NCBI GenBank assembly: GCA_963662435.1
Contig: OY759598.1
Span: 3,318,507-3,382,506 of the forward strand
Source: Dehalococcoidia bacterium
Lineage (GTDB): Bacteria > Chloroflexota > Dehalococcoidia > Lucifugimonadales > VXLM01
Direction: 5' to 3'
DNA length: 64,000 nt
A program made the position numbers and the translations under genes. Positions 49,215 to 59,736 of the stretch are shown one piece after another. Each line of letters starts with the position of its first letter. The first letter of the stretch is position 1. The notes beneath the pieces were generated by a model. The model saw only the letters and a program-made list of their open reading frames with translations, had not been told where the DNA came from and made no database searches.

Positions 49215-49847
49215 TCAGGCCGGTTCACCCGTGTAGAACGCTGTCGTTCGCCTTGCTGCCTCGAGCGCGCCGTCGGGGTCCGTTCCGGCTGCGATCGCAG
49301 CTTGGCCCCACCTTTCGCTGCTTCCGGTGATGAACGCCTTGCCGTCGGGCGAGGTGACAAAGGCCAGCTCGTCAGGCTTTGGGTCGTTCGGCCGCTTGAG
49401 ATAAAAGGCGAGTCCCAACAGTGCCGACTCCCAGCCGACGCCGGTCGCGCCCGGCCCGTAGGTGTCCCAGTGTTCGGAATGGCGGGCGGCGTGCGTGATC
49501 GTAAGCCTCGCTCGTTCGGCACCTTCGTCAGCGACCTGAACGTCCACCCAGCTGAGGTCCCCACCGAATTCCCACGTGAGCGCGAGATGTGACAGCCGTT
49601 TGCATGCCGTGATCCGCCCGCCCGCGTTGCCTTCCAACTGATAGCGGCCTCCGAGTTCAAGCTCGCCGCTGATCGGCATGGCCCAGCGTGGGATACGCTC
49701 GCCGTTCGTCACGGCGTCCCACAGGTCTTCGACTGCCGTTTCGTAGCTGCGTGAGAGGGTGTTCGCCAGCGCGGGATTTCCATCTCGCTCCTGTGACGAC
49801 ACGGTGCGATCAACTGCGTTGAGGTGACAATCTACGTCGAAGTTCAT
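49215..49847 (-). CDS. SRPBCC/AHSA1-like protein
   Basis: DLWDAVT..ERIPRW..PISGEL..GGRYQLEGNAGG, YGPGATGVGW. Confidence 0.85.
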   Translation of the reverse strand: MNFDVDCHLNAVDRTVSSQERDGNPALANTLSRSYETAVEDLWDAVTNGERIPRWAMPISGELELGGRYQLEGNAGGRITACKRLSHLALTWEFGGDLSWVDVQVADEGAERARLTITHAARHSEHWDTYGPGATGVGWESALLGLAFYLKRPNDPKPDELAFVTSPDGKAFITGSSERWGQAAIAAGTDPDGALEAARRTTAFYTGEPA

Positions 49848-49890
49848 GGTCTCTCCCTGACTCTCTAGCTGGGTTGCGAAACAGGTAAAC

Positions 49891-49994
49891 CTAGCTCAGC
49901 TGCAGCAACTCCAGCCAATTTCCGTAGGGGTCTTGGATGTAGCAGGCGACTCTGCCCGGGGCAAGCTCCGCGGGAGGGTTCATGGGCTGGGTGC
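49891..49994 (-). repeat. Duplicated 3' end of the VOC gene (direct repeat of 52141-52244)
   Basis: 104 bp with 8 mismatches by manual alignment, including the stop codon. Confidence 0.9.
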
Positions 49995-50034
49995 AGTCTT
50001 ATGGCGGGGTTCAATTGACTCTTTCGTTGCGAGG

Positions 50035-51618
50035 CTATTTGGCGCGGTTCTCCAGCCATCGTTCCTTCTGGCGACGCACCATAGCGTACCACTCGCGCCG
50101 GCGATCCCACAGATCATAGGCGAGCAACATTGAGCCGACGACTATGAATGGAGTCATTGCCATATGAAAGCGCGGTCTTACCTCGATGAGGATATGCGGC
50201 ATCGACAGTAGCAGTACGATGAGTCCTAAGGCAAGGAGCTTGCTGGGTCGGTGTACTTCTCTTGCGAGCATTATCATGAACAGAATGAGTGTAGCCCGGT
50301 AGACCCCATCGAGGCCCATTATTACTAACGGTGTAACCTTAAGATTCGGTGGCAGGCTTTCGTCGGCAATAGTCTCGATTGTCACAGCAAGACGGACCCC
50401 TGGAGATACTGAGACCAAGTCTGACCATTTTAATTCAGCAAGGCGGTCAGCACCTCCGATGGACCATAAGAAAAGTCTATATTCCCGGCCCCAAAGATGT
50501 GCCACCTTATCAGTCAGCGCTAACGTTATTATCCCGACTGGGTCCTTCTCTATTCGCTCTAGTGCGATCTTCAATGCTCTTCTGTTGATGTCGGCATTCA
50601 TCTTACCGGTATATCCAACAAGATCCCTGTCGGCAGAGTTGATTTGACCTTTTTCCTCGATATTGGTCCCAAAAAGAAGATTGAGGCCAGCCCATTTTGT
50701 CACCGAAAGCTGGAATCCAATTCCACTTAACTGAGACAGATATCCATGCGCAAACCAGACAACGAGAAAGGAAGCGACTACAATCATGCAAAGTGCTAGG
50801 GAATGTCGAACGCTGCGGAATTTGGAATAGAAAGTTCCTTTTGCTACGTTCGTCAGTGACCATCTCCAGCCGGATGCGATTACGAATAAACAGATAATAA
50901 TGCCCAGTATCCCGTTTCCACGTGTTAGGAACAAAGCAGCTGTCGCTATCCCGAGGAAGATGTACAGATACGGGAAAGGACCTCTTTCAGTCAGATGTCG
51001 CGAAATCAGCCATGCGCAAGCAGCAGTTAGCAGAAAGAAGACCGACTCCGAGCTGACAACCGGTGAAAACACAAGGAAGGTAGGGCAAAGCGCTACGCCG
51101 ACACAGGCGAACCGGGCTTTCCGTTCAACATCTATAAGATTCCTCAAGGTCATGTACGTGAGAGCGGCGCCACCCGTCCATGCAACTGACGACGCTATGT
51201 AGTTCGATACATTGTTCGGCGCAGGCAGCCATTGAAATACTGCGTAGTATCCTATTGCAGTTGGCGACTTCCCCCCAAACAAGTAACCGAATTCCCCTAA
51301 ACTCACACGTACTGCTCTCTCGTAGATATTTAGGAAGTCACTGGCAGGAACGCTTTCAAGGAAAATACCCCAGAGAATGGAAGCTGTGAAACTCAACGCT
51401 AGAATCGTAACGATACCGAAAGTCCTGCTAAGCATGTAGCACAAGACAAGCCACAGAATACCAACCGTTAACTCTGCGGCCAACGGTATCGGTTGGTAGA
51501 AGCCCGCCTGGAAGGTCGCATTAAGTAAATAGAGCAGGACAAGTACGGCGAGAGCCTGTAAGCCCCCCTTTACGAGCCTTGGATTAACTCGCGTCATTGT
51601 CATCAGTTCCTGCTTCAC
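50035..51618 (-). CDS. Polytopic membrane protein, GT-C/PMT-like glycosyltransferase
   Basis: Many TM segments, P.SDF..Y, SSESVF, LTRGN, EVRPRFH; visibly lower GC than its flanks. Confidence 0.65.
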   Translation of the reverse strand: MKQELMTMTRVNPRLVKGGLQALAVLVLLYLLNATFQAGFYQPIPLAAELTVGILWLVLCYMLSRTFGIVTILALSFTASILWGIFLESVPASDFLNIYERAVRVSLGEFGYLFGGKSPTAIGYYAVFQWLPAPNNVSNYIASSVAWTGGAALTYMTLRNLIDVERKARFACVGVALCPTFLVFSPVVSSESVFFLLTAACAWLISRHLTERGPFPYLYIFLGIATAALFLTRGNGILGIIICLFVIASGWRWSLTNVAKGTFYSKFRSVRHSLALCMIVVASFLVVWFAHGYLSQLSGIGFQLSVTKWAGLNLLFGTNIEEKGQINSADRDLVGYTGKMNADINRRALKIALERIEKDPVGIITLALTDKVAHLWGREYRLFLWSIGGADRLAELKWSDLVSVSPGVRLAVTIETIADESLPPNLKVTPLVIMGLDGVYRATLILFMIMLAREVHRPSKLLALGLIVLLLSMPHILIEVRPRFHMAMTPFIVVGSMLLAYDLWDRRREWYAMVRRQKERWLENRAK

Positions 51619-52140
51619 CTTGTGGTCGCAGTTTACTTCGAGGATCGGATGTACATTGGATAGGGCCGGAAGTCACTGTGTAGTTCGTTCAGTATCGCAC
51701 TGGTGGAGGGTATGACTTGGGTGTTTCACTCGTGCGAAGGACCAGTGGTCATATTGCGTGTAGACCTGGGCTCTGGTAATAGGCTAATCCCTAGGTTGGA
51801 GAGATTGTAAAACACTGTCCTTGTGGAATCCTTGGACAATGGTCGGGTTATGGAAGTCGGTATCTGTCCAATAGAACTAGAGTAACTGTCAATGTTGAGG
51901 CTCTTGAGTTTTTCAGTGGGTGAAATGAGTTGTTCCTGATGACGTGCATGGACGTCACGTAGGCATCCCCGTTCGCGCAGTTTAACAGATGCCCGTTCGT
52001 ACCGAGAAGTTAGCCGCCCTCAAAGAGGGCGACACGCTTGTTGCCGTCCTCAGAGGGTGATTATTGGCGTGACTCACCATCAGGACGGCCGCTTCTTGTA
52101 CAAGGCAATAGCAAGCCAATCAGTGGACCCGTTGGATTCC

Positions 52141-52569
52141 CTAGCCCAGCTGCAGCAACTCCAGCCAGTTGCCGTCGGGGTCTTGGATGTAGCAGGCGAC
52201 TCGGCCGGGGGCAAGCTCCGCGGGAGGGTTCATTGGCTGGGCGCCGCCATCTATGAGCCTCTGTTGGACGGCCTCGATGTCGTCCACCAAGATCGCCAGG
52301 TGTGGAGCGCCGACGGTGTTGCGTTCCCTGGTTGGCCGCTCATTGGGAGGCGGGTTGAGGTATTGGATCAGTTCCAGAATATGGCCGCCGCCGAGGTCGA
52401 GATTGGCGATTATGAGGTGCGTGTTCTCGTAGCCGATGACGGCGTCGATGCCGGGGCCGATGCGCTCGTACTCGGCGATGAGCTCCAGCCCGACCACGTC
52501 GCGGTAGAATGCGACGGACTTGTCGCGGTCCGTGACGACGAACCCGGTATGGTGCAGTCGGTTAATCAT
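52141..52569 (-). CDS. VOC/glyoxalase family protein
   Basis: HHTGFVV..FYRDVVG, LELIQY, HLAILVDD, YIQDPDGNWLEL. Confidence 0.92.
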   Translation of the reverse strand: MINRLHHTGFVVTDRDKSVAFYRDVVGLELIAEYERIGPGIDAVIGYENTHLIIANLDLGGGHILELIQYLNPPPNERPTRERNTVGAPHLAILVDDIEAVQQRLIDGGAQPMNPPAELAPGRVACYIQDPDGNWLELLQLG

Positions 52570-53509
52570 CTGTGCCTCCATCGAAGCGGTCTATTGCGGA
52601 TAGGGCATGGGTGATCCGCTGCCTCAGGTCCGACACCGCCTCGTCGTTCCATTCGTAGAATCCCCGTCCCGACTTGACGCCGAGGTCGCCCCGTTCCAGC
52701 ATGCCGGTTATCGTGGGCGAGTTTTCGCTGCTGGTGTCGAGGTCGGGATACAGCTCGTCGATGATGTGCGAGATGGTGTCCCAGCCCGCGATGTCGAACA
52801 CCTCCAGCGGTCCGGCGACCGCGAGCCGCCTTCCAAAGCTGGTCTTCACCACCGTGTCCACGTCCTCGGCCGATGCGATGCCCTTGTCCACGACGGAGAG
52901 GGCCTCGCGGAGGAGCGCGAACTGCATCCTGTTGCCGATGAACCCCAGCGACTCCTTTTGCAGTACGACCGGCCGCTTACCGATTCCCTCAAGCACGCTC
53001 TTCGTGATTTCGATGGTCTCGTCGCTCGTTTCCGGCCCGCGTACGACCTCGACGAGCGGCAGCAGGTGAGCCGGGTTCCACCAGTTGGCGACGACGACCT
53101 TGTCAGGGCGATTGGTGGATGGGGCAAGCTGGCTCGTCATGTACGACGACGTGTTGCTTGTCAGGACGGCATGGGGCGGGCAGTGCTTGTCGAGGTCGGC
53201 GAAGATGCGCCGCTTGAGATCGAGGTCCTCGAAAACCGCCTCGATTACGAAGCCCACGTCGTCCATCGGTCCGGCCATCGAGGTGCTGGTGCGAATGCGA
53301 CCGGGCACCTTCTGTGCGGTCGGGGAATCGACCAGTCCCTGCTCTTGGAGCACTCCGAGCGTTGAGGAGACGTCCTCCATCGCCCTGCTGAGGTTCTCCT
53401 CCGTCGTGTCGATGAGGACAACCTCATGCCCGCCCACGGCGAAGTTCATGGCGATGCTGTGGCCCATGAGGCCCGCGCCGATCACGCCTATGCTTCCGAT
53501 GTTGTCCAT
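52562..53509 (-). CDS. 3-hydroxyacyl-CoA dehydrogenase family protein
   Basis: GAGLMG, EAVFEDL, SNTSS, NPAHLLPLVEV, GFIGNR. Confidence 0.92.
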   Translation of the reverse strand: MDNIGSIGVIGAGLMGHSIAMNFAVGGHEVVLIDTTEENLSRAMEDVSSTLGVLQEQGLVDSPTAQKVPGRIRTSTSMAGPMDDVGFVIEAVFEDLDLKRRIFADLDKHCPPHAVLTSNTSSYMTSQLAPSTNRPDKVVVANWWNPAHLLPLVEVVRGPETSDETIEITKSVLEGIGKRPVVLQKESLGFIGNRMQFALLREALSVVDKGIASAEDVDTVVKTSFGRRLAVAGPLEVFDIAGWDTISHIIDELYPDLDTSSENSPTITGMLERGDLGVKSGRGFYEWNDEAVSDLRQRITHALSAIDRFDGGTDD

Positions 53510-53594
53510 TATCAGGTTGCTCCGAGGGTGTGCACGAGTGTAGTCGCGGCATGCCCGTGCGTCAATACAGAGGAAAGCGCGTTACAATAGGGAC

Positions 53595-54257
53595 ATGCTT
53601 ACGGAACCGAACATAGTCCTGGCCTCGATGTCGAAGCGTCGCCATGAGATTATCGGGGCGCTCGACGCCGCGGTCGAAATCATCCCCTCGGGAACGGATG
53701 AACGCGAGCCGCGACCGGGAGAACCGGCGGAGGACTACGTCGTGAGCGTGGCAGCGGTCAAGGCGCGTGACGCATCGACGAGAGCGCCGGCAGGCTCCCT
53801 GGTCATCGGGGCCGACACGTCTGTGGTGTTGGATGGCCGCGTGCTGGGCAAGCCGGTCGATGGCGCCGAAGCGCGCTCGATGCTGACGGCGCTTCGAGGT
53901 CGTTCGCACAGGGTCGTCACGGGCGTAACGGTGGCACGCAACGGCGCGGAAGCGCGTGCGGTCGAGGGCAGCGAAGTGTTGATAAGGGCGTATTCCGACG
54001 ACGAGATGGAGACGTACATCGCGTCGGGCGAACCGTTCGACAAGGCGGGCGGATATGCCATACAAGACACCGTGTTCGCGCCGGTTTCGAGACTGACGGG
54101 ATGCTACCTCAATGTGGTAGGGTTCCCGTTGTGCGAGGTCATAAGGCTGATGTCGAAACTTGAAGCAGATGTGGGGCTACGCCCCGGGTGGCAAGCGCCG
54201 GAACGGTGCCCAAGCGACTGCCCGGTCAGAGTGGTCGGAGAGGTGGCGGTCGCATGA
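53595..54257 (+). CDS. maf: Maf-like nucleoside triphosphate pyrophosphatase
   Basis: LAS.S.RR, GADTSVV, LGKP, DKAGGYAIQ, NVVGFP. Confidence 0.92.
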   Translation: MLTEPNIVLASMSKRRHEIIGALDAAVEIIPSGTDEREPRPGEPAEDYVVSVAAVKARDASTRAPAGSLVIGADTSVVLDGRVLGKPVDGAEARSMLTALRGRSHRVVTGVTVARNGAEARAVEGSEVLIRAYSDDEMETYIASGEPFDKAGGYAIQDTVFAPVSRLTGCYLNVVGFPLCEVIRLMSKLEADVGLRPGWQAPERCPSDCPVRVVGEVAVA

Positions 54258-54598
54258 ATATCTTTGGAATGGGCCCTCTCGAAATCCTGGTGATCGCCCT
54301 GATTGCCTTCATCTTTTTGGGGCCGAAGAAGATGGTTGACGCCGCGCGGCTGATGGGGAAGGCCACCAAAGAGGTCCGCCGGATGACGGACGAGCTGCCC
54401 AAGATAGTGCTCGACGAAGAACAGGCCCAGCCATCGCGTACCCCTACGTCTACGCCTCGGAGCGATCAGGAGACGCGGGATGAGGCCGGTGAGACGCAGG
54501 AAGAGGAAGCGGTTGCCGATGTCCCTGTCGCCTTCCGTTCCGGTCGCGGTCGCGAGGATTCCGGCAAAGTTGAGCAGAACCAGGGCCGAGACACGTGA
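54254..54598 (+). CDS. tatB: Twin-arginine translocase TatA/TatB subunit
   Basis: FGMGPLEILVI...LGPKKM amphipathic helix; directly upstream of tatC. Confidence 0.8.
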   Translation: MNIFGMGPLEILVIALIAFIFLGPKKMVDAARLMGKATKEVRRMTDELPKIVLDEEQAQPSRTPTSTPRSDQETRDEAGETQEEEAVADVPVAFRSGRGREDSGKVEQNQGRDT

Positions 54599-55368
54599 AC
54601 AGCGATCAAGACGGCAATGGTCTGACCATAGGATCGCACCTCGACGAGCTGCGAAGTCGCGTCACCAAGTCGGTGCTGGCAGTGGTGGTGACGACGGCCA
54701 TAGCGTTCGTGTTTCACCGTCAGATCCTGCTCATACTCATGGAGCCCGCCAAGGGGTTCGACCAGACTCCTTACGATGGGCCGGTCTACACACACCTGAC
54801 GGAATTCATCAGCATCGCATTCAAGGTCTCGCTCCTTGCAGGCTTCATCCTTGCCCTGCCGTTCGTGCTCTTCCAGATCGTGATGTTCGTCGCTCCGGGA
54901 CTGACTCCCAAGGAGCGTCGCTATTTGTACTCGCTGGTACCCGCAGCGGTGCTTGCATTCGCCGCCGGAGCGGTATTCGGTCATCAGGTATTGTTCCCCC
55001 CTGCGGTGAGATTCCTGCTGAGTTTCGGCAGCGGCATCGCCACTCCTCTCCCAAGCATCGGCGCGTACACGAACCTCATGCTTACGCTCTTGCTCTGGAT
55101 GGGACTGGTCTTCGAGACGCCGATAGTGGCGTTCTTCCTCTCGAAGATCGGGGTGGTGACAGGTGACTGGCTTGCCAAGCAACGCAAGTACGCCGTCGTC
55201 GTGGCCTTCATCCTGGGAGCGATCATCACGCCTACCTTCGACCCCATCAACCAGACGATCGTTTCGGTGCCCATCATCGTGATGTACGAGCTTGGCATAT
55301 GGCTCGCCAAGCTGGGCAGTCGCGGTCGCAAGAAGGCGGCGCAGGAGCTGTCGGGGGCCGACTCGTAA
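54595..55368 (+). CDS. tatC: Twin-arginine translocase TatC
   Basis: HLDELRSR, FVAPGL...E, GLVFETP, AIITPT.DP, YE. Confidence 0.95.
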   Translation: MNSDQDGNGLTIGSHLDELRSRVTKSVLAVVVTTAIAFVFHRQILLILMEPAKGFDQTPYDGPVYTHLTEFISIAFKVSLLAGFILALPFVLFQIVMFVAPGLTPKERRYLYSLVPAAVLAFAAGAVFGHQVLFPPAVRFLLSFGSGIATPLPSIGAYTNLMLTLLLWMGLVFETPIVAFFLSKIGVVTGDWLAKQRKYAVVVAFILGAIITPTFDPINQTIVSVPIIVMYELGIWLAKLGSRGRKKAAQELSGADS

Positions 55369-55580
55369 ATGGAAGGACGAAAGTAGAGAGTATTCCGTAG
55401 CAGGTCGTTGCAGCGGGTGATGGGCAATTGTGCCCGCCTCGACGTGACATACAGTGCAACGTTCCCTATTTTAATGTAAGTCCTTCTACGCAATCCCCTC
55501 CGTCTGATGTGCTACAATTGTTGCTCAGGCCCCGATGATTCGGGGTCAACTTGTGAAAGATTCTAGGGACGGTTCTCAAG

Positions 55581-56264
55581 ATGGTAACGAACGAACGGCC
55601 AAGCATTACCCTGTCCGATAGGCAGGTCGTTGGCAAGAAAGTCAGGACCCTGCGTCGGGAAGGTTTCATACCGGTGCACTACTACGGCAGGGGCATGGAA
55701 TCACTAACCCTTCAGGCCTCGACGGGCATGTTGCGGAAGGTTGTCGATGAGGCAGGCGCTAATATCCCGATCGAGGTGGACGTCGAAGGCACCGACGGGA
55801 GCGACATCTGCTTCGTCCGAGAAGTGCAGTGGCACCCCGTCAACGGCTCGCTGCTTCACGTCGACTTCATGCGAGTGGACATAACGGAGCGAGTCACCGC
55901 CGAGGTGCCGATAACCCTAACGGGGCAGTCCGAGGCGGTACGGGAGCTTGGCGGAGTAATAATCCAGCCGTTCCAGACTTTGCCGGTTGAGGCGCTTCCC
56001 CTCGATATGCCGAAGGAAGTGATCGTAGATGTCACTCCGCTGCGCATGTTCGGGGATGCGGTCCGCGTCGGCGAAATCGAACTCGAAGGCGAGAGCGAAA
56101 TACTTCGCGACGACGACGACCTTCTGGTAACCGTGCAGGAGCCCAGGATCGAGATCGAGGAAGAGGTTGTCGACGAGGAACTCGAGGGTGAGGAGCTCGC
56201 CGAGGGCGAAGAGGGCGCCGAGGGCGAGGATGCGGAGTCCTCTGCGGAGTCGGAGCAGGGATAA
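55581..56264 (+). CDS. rplY: 50S ribosomal protein L25/CTC
   Basis: LRREGFIP..YYG, REVQWHPV...LHVDF, acidic tail. Confidence 0.93.
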   Translation: MVTNERPSITLSDRQVVGKKVRTLRREGFIPVHYYGRGMESLTLQASTGMLRKVVDEAGANIPIEVDVEGTDGSDICFVREVQWHPVNGSLLHVDFMRVDITERVTAEVPITLTGQSEAVRELGGVIIQPFQTLPVEALPLDMPKEVIVDVTPLRMFGDAVRVGEIELEGESEILRDDDDLLVTVQEPRIEIEEEVVDEELEGEELAEGEEGAEGEDAESSAESEQG

Positions 56265-56266
56265 AG

Positions 56267-56836
56267 ATGGCACAATCAACGTACGTTGCCGGACACCTGA
56301 ATACCGAGCAGCTGGAAGCCGGGCTCGACCACATTCGCAGTTCGCCCGCGGACAGCGGCCGACTCCTGATGATCGTGCGGCGGCCGGACATCGACCAGCG
56401 CGAGGTGTTGGCGGATGGCGCTCTCGACGTGGAGGTTGGCCTCGTCGGCGACACCTGGATGGACCGCGGAAGTGCGAGCACCCCGGACGGCAGTTCGAAC
56501 CCCGAGGCCCAGATCACCATCATCAACTCCCGCGCACTCGACCTCATGGCCCGGTCTGAAGACCGCTGGCAGCTTTCGGGCGATCAGCTCGTGGTCGACA
56601 TGGAAATCACCATGGAGAATCTGCCTGCCGGAACCCAATTGTCCATTGGGTCGGCGGTGATAGAGATTTCCGAGAAGCCGCACACCGGCTGCGTGAAGTT
56701 CGCCGACCGGTTCGGCAATGACGCTCTCAGGTTCGTCAGCACCCCACTGGGACGTGATATGCGCCTGAGAGGCGTCAACACCCGCGTCGTGCAGTCGGGG
56801 ACTATTCGCACCGGCGACACCGTCGCAAAGGTCTGA
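56267..56836 (+). CDS. MOSC domain protein
   Basis: GLVGD.W, GDQL.VD, PHTGC.KF, LRGVN.RV...G.I..GD. Confidence 0.88.
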   Translation: MAQSTYVAGHLNTEQLEAGLDHIRSSPADSGRLLMIVRRPDIDQREVLADGALDVEVGLVGDTWMDRGSASTPDGSSNPEAQITIINSRALDLMARSEDRWQLSGDQLVVDMEITMENLPAGTQLSIGSAVIEISEKPHTGCVKFADRFGNDALRFVSTPLGRDMRLRGVNTRVVQSGTIRTGDTVAKV

Positions 56837-56846
56837 CGCAGCCCCC

Positions 56847-57944
56847 TCAGCCCACTCGCAGGTCCTCCAGGACCTCGTCGTTCAGCTTGATGCCCAGGCC
56901 CGGCCTGTCGGGAGGATGGACGACTCCGTTGTCCACTTCCAGCGGCTCCATGCACCACTTGTCGTACATCGGGTCGGTTGACGCTCGGTAGTACTCGACG
57001 GTAAGGCCGTTCGACACGCCGGCGACGACGTGCACGCCGATATCCTGGTTGCCGTGCGGCGAGATGGGCAGATCGTGTGCCTCGGCAAGCGCGGCCACCT
57101 TCTTGATCTCCGTGATGCCGCCCATGATGAGCGGGTCGGGTTGCAGGATGGCGACCGACCGCGTCTCTATGAGGTCACGGAAGCCATAGCGGGTGTACTC
57201 GTTCTCACCTGTGGATATGGGGATCGAGGTCGCCTGGGACACGAGCTTGTGCCCCTGGTAGTCGTCGGGGTTGACCGGCTCCTCGAACCAGAAGATATCG
57301 TACGGCTCCATCTTCTTTGCGATCTTGATTGCGTCGTAGTACCGGTAGGCGGCATTGGCGTCCACCATGAGGTCGATATCGGGGCCGATGGCCTCGCGGA
57401 CGACGCGCACGCGCTCAACGTCCTCGTTGATGGGAGCGCCTCCGATCTTCATCTTGACGGCCTTCGCGCCCATGGAGACGCTCTCCTCCATCTCCTGCGC
57501 GAGGTCCTCGAGCCCCTTGCCCTCCTCGTAGTAGCCACCGGCTATGTACACGGGAACGGAGTCGGAGTATCCGCCGAGGAGCTTGTAGACGGGCATGTTG
57601 GCCGCCTTGCCCTTGACGTCCCACAGGGCATTGTCGATGGCGGAGATCACCCTGGTGGTGAGTCCTCGCCTGCCGATGAGCTTGGGCTGCCAGAGATCGT
57701 CCCAGATCTTCTCGTTTGCGAGAGGGTCCTGTCCTTCGACCACGGGCGCGAACTGGTCGCCTATGGCCTGGAACACCTTGCCGTCGTCCGTCATCCCGCC
57801 GCCGAGACCGATGCCGGTGATCCCCTCGTCGGTAGCGATTTTGACGACGTTCAAACCGGCGTCGGAGTAGGTGTACATGCCGTTCCGAATCGGCTTGTCG
57901 CGCTTCCAGCGATATATTTCCGTCCACATCTTCGTGATCTTCAA
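56847..57944 (-). CDS. Mandelate racemase/muconate lactonizing enzyme family protein
   Basis: TTG start after AAGGAGG; SAIDNALWD, KMKIG, LMVDAN, WFEEP, TGENE. Confidence 0.92.
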   Translation of the reverse strand: MKITKMWTEIYRWKRDKPIRNGMYTYSDAGLNVVKIATDEGITGIGLGGGMTDDGKVFQAIGDQFAPVVEGQDPLANEKIWDDLWQPKLIGRRGLTTRVISAIDNALWDVKGKAANMPVYKLLGGYSDSVPVYIAGGYYEEGKGLEDLAQEMEESVSMGAKAVKMKIGGAPINEDVERVRVVREAIGPDIDLMVDANAAYRYYDAIKIAKKMEPYDIFWFEEPVNPDDYQGHKLVSQATSIPISTGENEYTRYGFRDLIETRSVAILQPDPLIMGGITEIKKVAALAEAHDLPISPHGNQDIGVHVVAGVSNGLTVEYYRASTDPMYDKWCMEPLEVDNGVVHPPDRPGLGIKLNDEVLEDLRVG

Positions 57945-58039
57945 AGCGGGAACCCTCCTTCTCGAAGCGACGGGCATTGTAGCACAGGGTTCGTAGGGTG
58001 GTTTGCATTGAGCACCTGTGCCAAGTCCTCCGGACGCAC

Positions 58040-59563
58040 CTACGGTTTCCTCGGAAACAGGGCCGGCCCCGGCGTTACTTTCGAGCCGGGACGAAGGCCA
58101 CCCCACTCCAGACCGTCCGCCAGATCTTCGTCCGGTACCCATCCCAAACTCTGCCATAGCTGGTGCGTTTTCTGAGGCATGACCGGATGTGTGACAACCG
58201 AGACCATCCGCAGCGCTTCCGATGCACAGGAGAGGACTCGTCGGACGGCATCGTGATCGCCGTCCTTGTATCGAGCCCATGGCGCGTTCCCCTCGACGTA
58301 CCGGTTTATTTCACTAACCACCTCCTCAACATCGCGCAGGGCTTCGTCGAAGGATAGCGACTCTACCTTGTCGAACACCCTTGTCACGAGTTGAGTACAA
58401 CGATCACGAAGCTCGGCCTCCTGGTCGCCGGGGCTTCCGGCGTGGGGTACAGCGCCGTCGCTGTATTGGACGATCATGTGGATCAAACGGTGGGCGAGGT
58501 TGCCCAGGTCATTAGCCAAGGTGCCTTCGTAGCGTCCCCGAAGGAGCTCTTCGCTGAATTCAGCATCGCGACCTGCCGCCATGTCACGCACGAGAAAGTA
58601 TCGAAATGCATCAATCCCGTAAGTGGATGCGAGATCCAGGGGTTTGACCACGTTGCCAATGGACTTCGACATCTTCGTTCCTTCGATGTTCCACCAACCA
58701 TGAGCGAATATGGTCTTTGGCGGAGGAAGGCCGATAGCCCTGAGCATCGTCAGCCAGTAGACGGTGTGGAGTATGAGGATGTCCTTGCCGGTCAGGTGGA
58801 TGGCATCGGGCCAGCGACGCGCGAATGCCTCGTCGTCAGACCGGAAGCCTGCCGCGGACAGGTAGTTGATGAGCGCGTCGAACCAGACATACGTGACGTA
58901 GTTTTGATCGAACGGGAGCCGGACGCCCCAGTCCAGTCGCTCGACCGGCCGGGTGATGCACCAATCGCCAAGAGGCCGTCTCAGGTACCCAAGCACCTCG
59001 TTTCGCCGGTTCGCAGGCTGAATTAATTCGGGATGGCTCTCAAGATAGTCGCCCAACCAGCCCTGGTACCTGCTCATGCGGAAGAAGAAGTTCCCCTCGG
59101 AGAGGCGTTCGACCTCTCTGTTGCAATCGGGGCACTTGCCGTCAACGAGGTCTTTCTCCGTCCAGAACCGCTCGTCGGGCACGCAATACCATCCCACGTA
59201 CTTGCCGAAGTAGATGTCTCCCTGTTCCCATAGACCTTTGAGCACGGACTCGACCACGCGTGTGTGCCGGGACTCCGTCGTGCGAATGAAATCGTCGTGT
59301 GAAATGTTCAGGTCCTTCCATGCATCCCGAAATCGATGGACCATGCGGTCTGCCTGCATCTTCGGGTCTATGCGATTCTTGATGGCGGCGTCCCTTACCT
59401 TCTGGCCATGCTCGTCAGTGCCGGTCAGGAAGAAAACTCGCTTGCCCTGCAGCCGGCGATAGCGTGCAAGAACATCCGCGAGAACGGTCGTATGAGCGTG
59501 ACCGATGTGCGGCTCGTCGTTGACGTAGTAGATCGGTGTGGTGATGTAGCAGTCCTCTGTCAT
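58040..59563 (-). CDS. metG: Methionyl-tRNA synthetase (short form)
   Basis: YITTPIYYVN, PHIGH, GTDEHG, YVWFDAL, GKDI, KMSKS. Confidence 0.96.
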   Translation of the reverse strand: MTEDCYITTPIYYVNDEPHIGHAHTTVLADVLARYRRLQGKRVFFLTGTDEHGQKVRDAAIKNRIDPKMQADRMVHRFRDAWKDLNISHDDFIRTTESRHTRVVESVLKGLWEQGDIYFGKYVGWYCVPDERFWTEKDLVDGKCPDCNREVERLSEGNFFFRMSRYQGWLGDYLESHPELIQPANRRNEVLGYLRRPLGDWCITRPVERLDWGVRLPFDQNYVTYVWFDALINYLSAAGFRSDDEAFARRWPDAIHLTGKDILILHTVYWLTMLRAIGLPPPKTIFAHGWWNIEGTKMSKSIGNVVKPLDLASTYGIDAFRYFLVRDMAAGRDAEFSEELLRGRYEGTLANDLGNLAHRLIHMIVQYSDGAVPHAGSPGDQEAELRDRCTQLVTRVFDKVESLSFDEALRDVEEVVSEINRYVEGNAPWARYKDGDHDAVRRVLSCASEALRMVSVVTHPVMPQKTHQLWQSLGWVPDEDLADGLEWGGLRPGSKVTPGPALFPRKP

Positions 59564-59594
59564 GGTGGCGCTCCTTTTCAGTTGGGGAAAATGA

Positions 59595-59620
59595 AAAGGC
59601 CTCCCGTTGGGGAGGCCTTT
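59595..59620 (-). terminator. Intrinsic terminator in the metG leader (attenuator)
   Basis: AAAGGCCTCCC-CAAC-GGGAGGCCTTT followed by TCATTTT, about 30 nt before the metG start. Confidence 0.85.
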
Positions 59621-59646
59621 CACGCGAGTCTAAATTGGTATCCGAA

Positions 59647-59736
59647 CTACGGCATTCTCCCCAACATCAAGCGGCCGTGACGCATCGCCACGGCATTCAT
59701 CATTGCCACCATCTCAGTATTTTCGCGGTTCGTCAT
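59647..59736 (-). CDS. Putative Met-rich leader peptide of metG (MTNRENTEMVAMMNAVAMRHGRLMLGRMP)
   Basis: 29 codons, 7 of them Met; weak SD GAAGGGA; -10 TACAAT at 59769-59764; its 3' part is complementary to the terminator arm. Confidence 0.75.
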   Translation of the reverse strand: MTNRENTEMVAMMNAVAMRHGRLMLGRMP

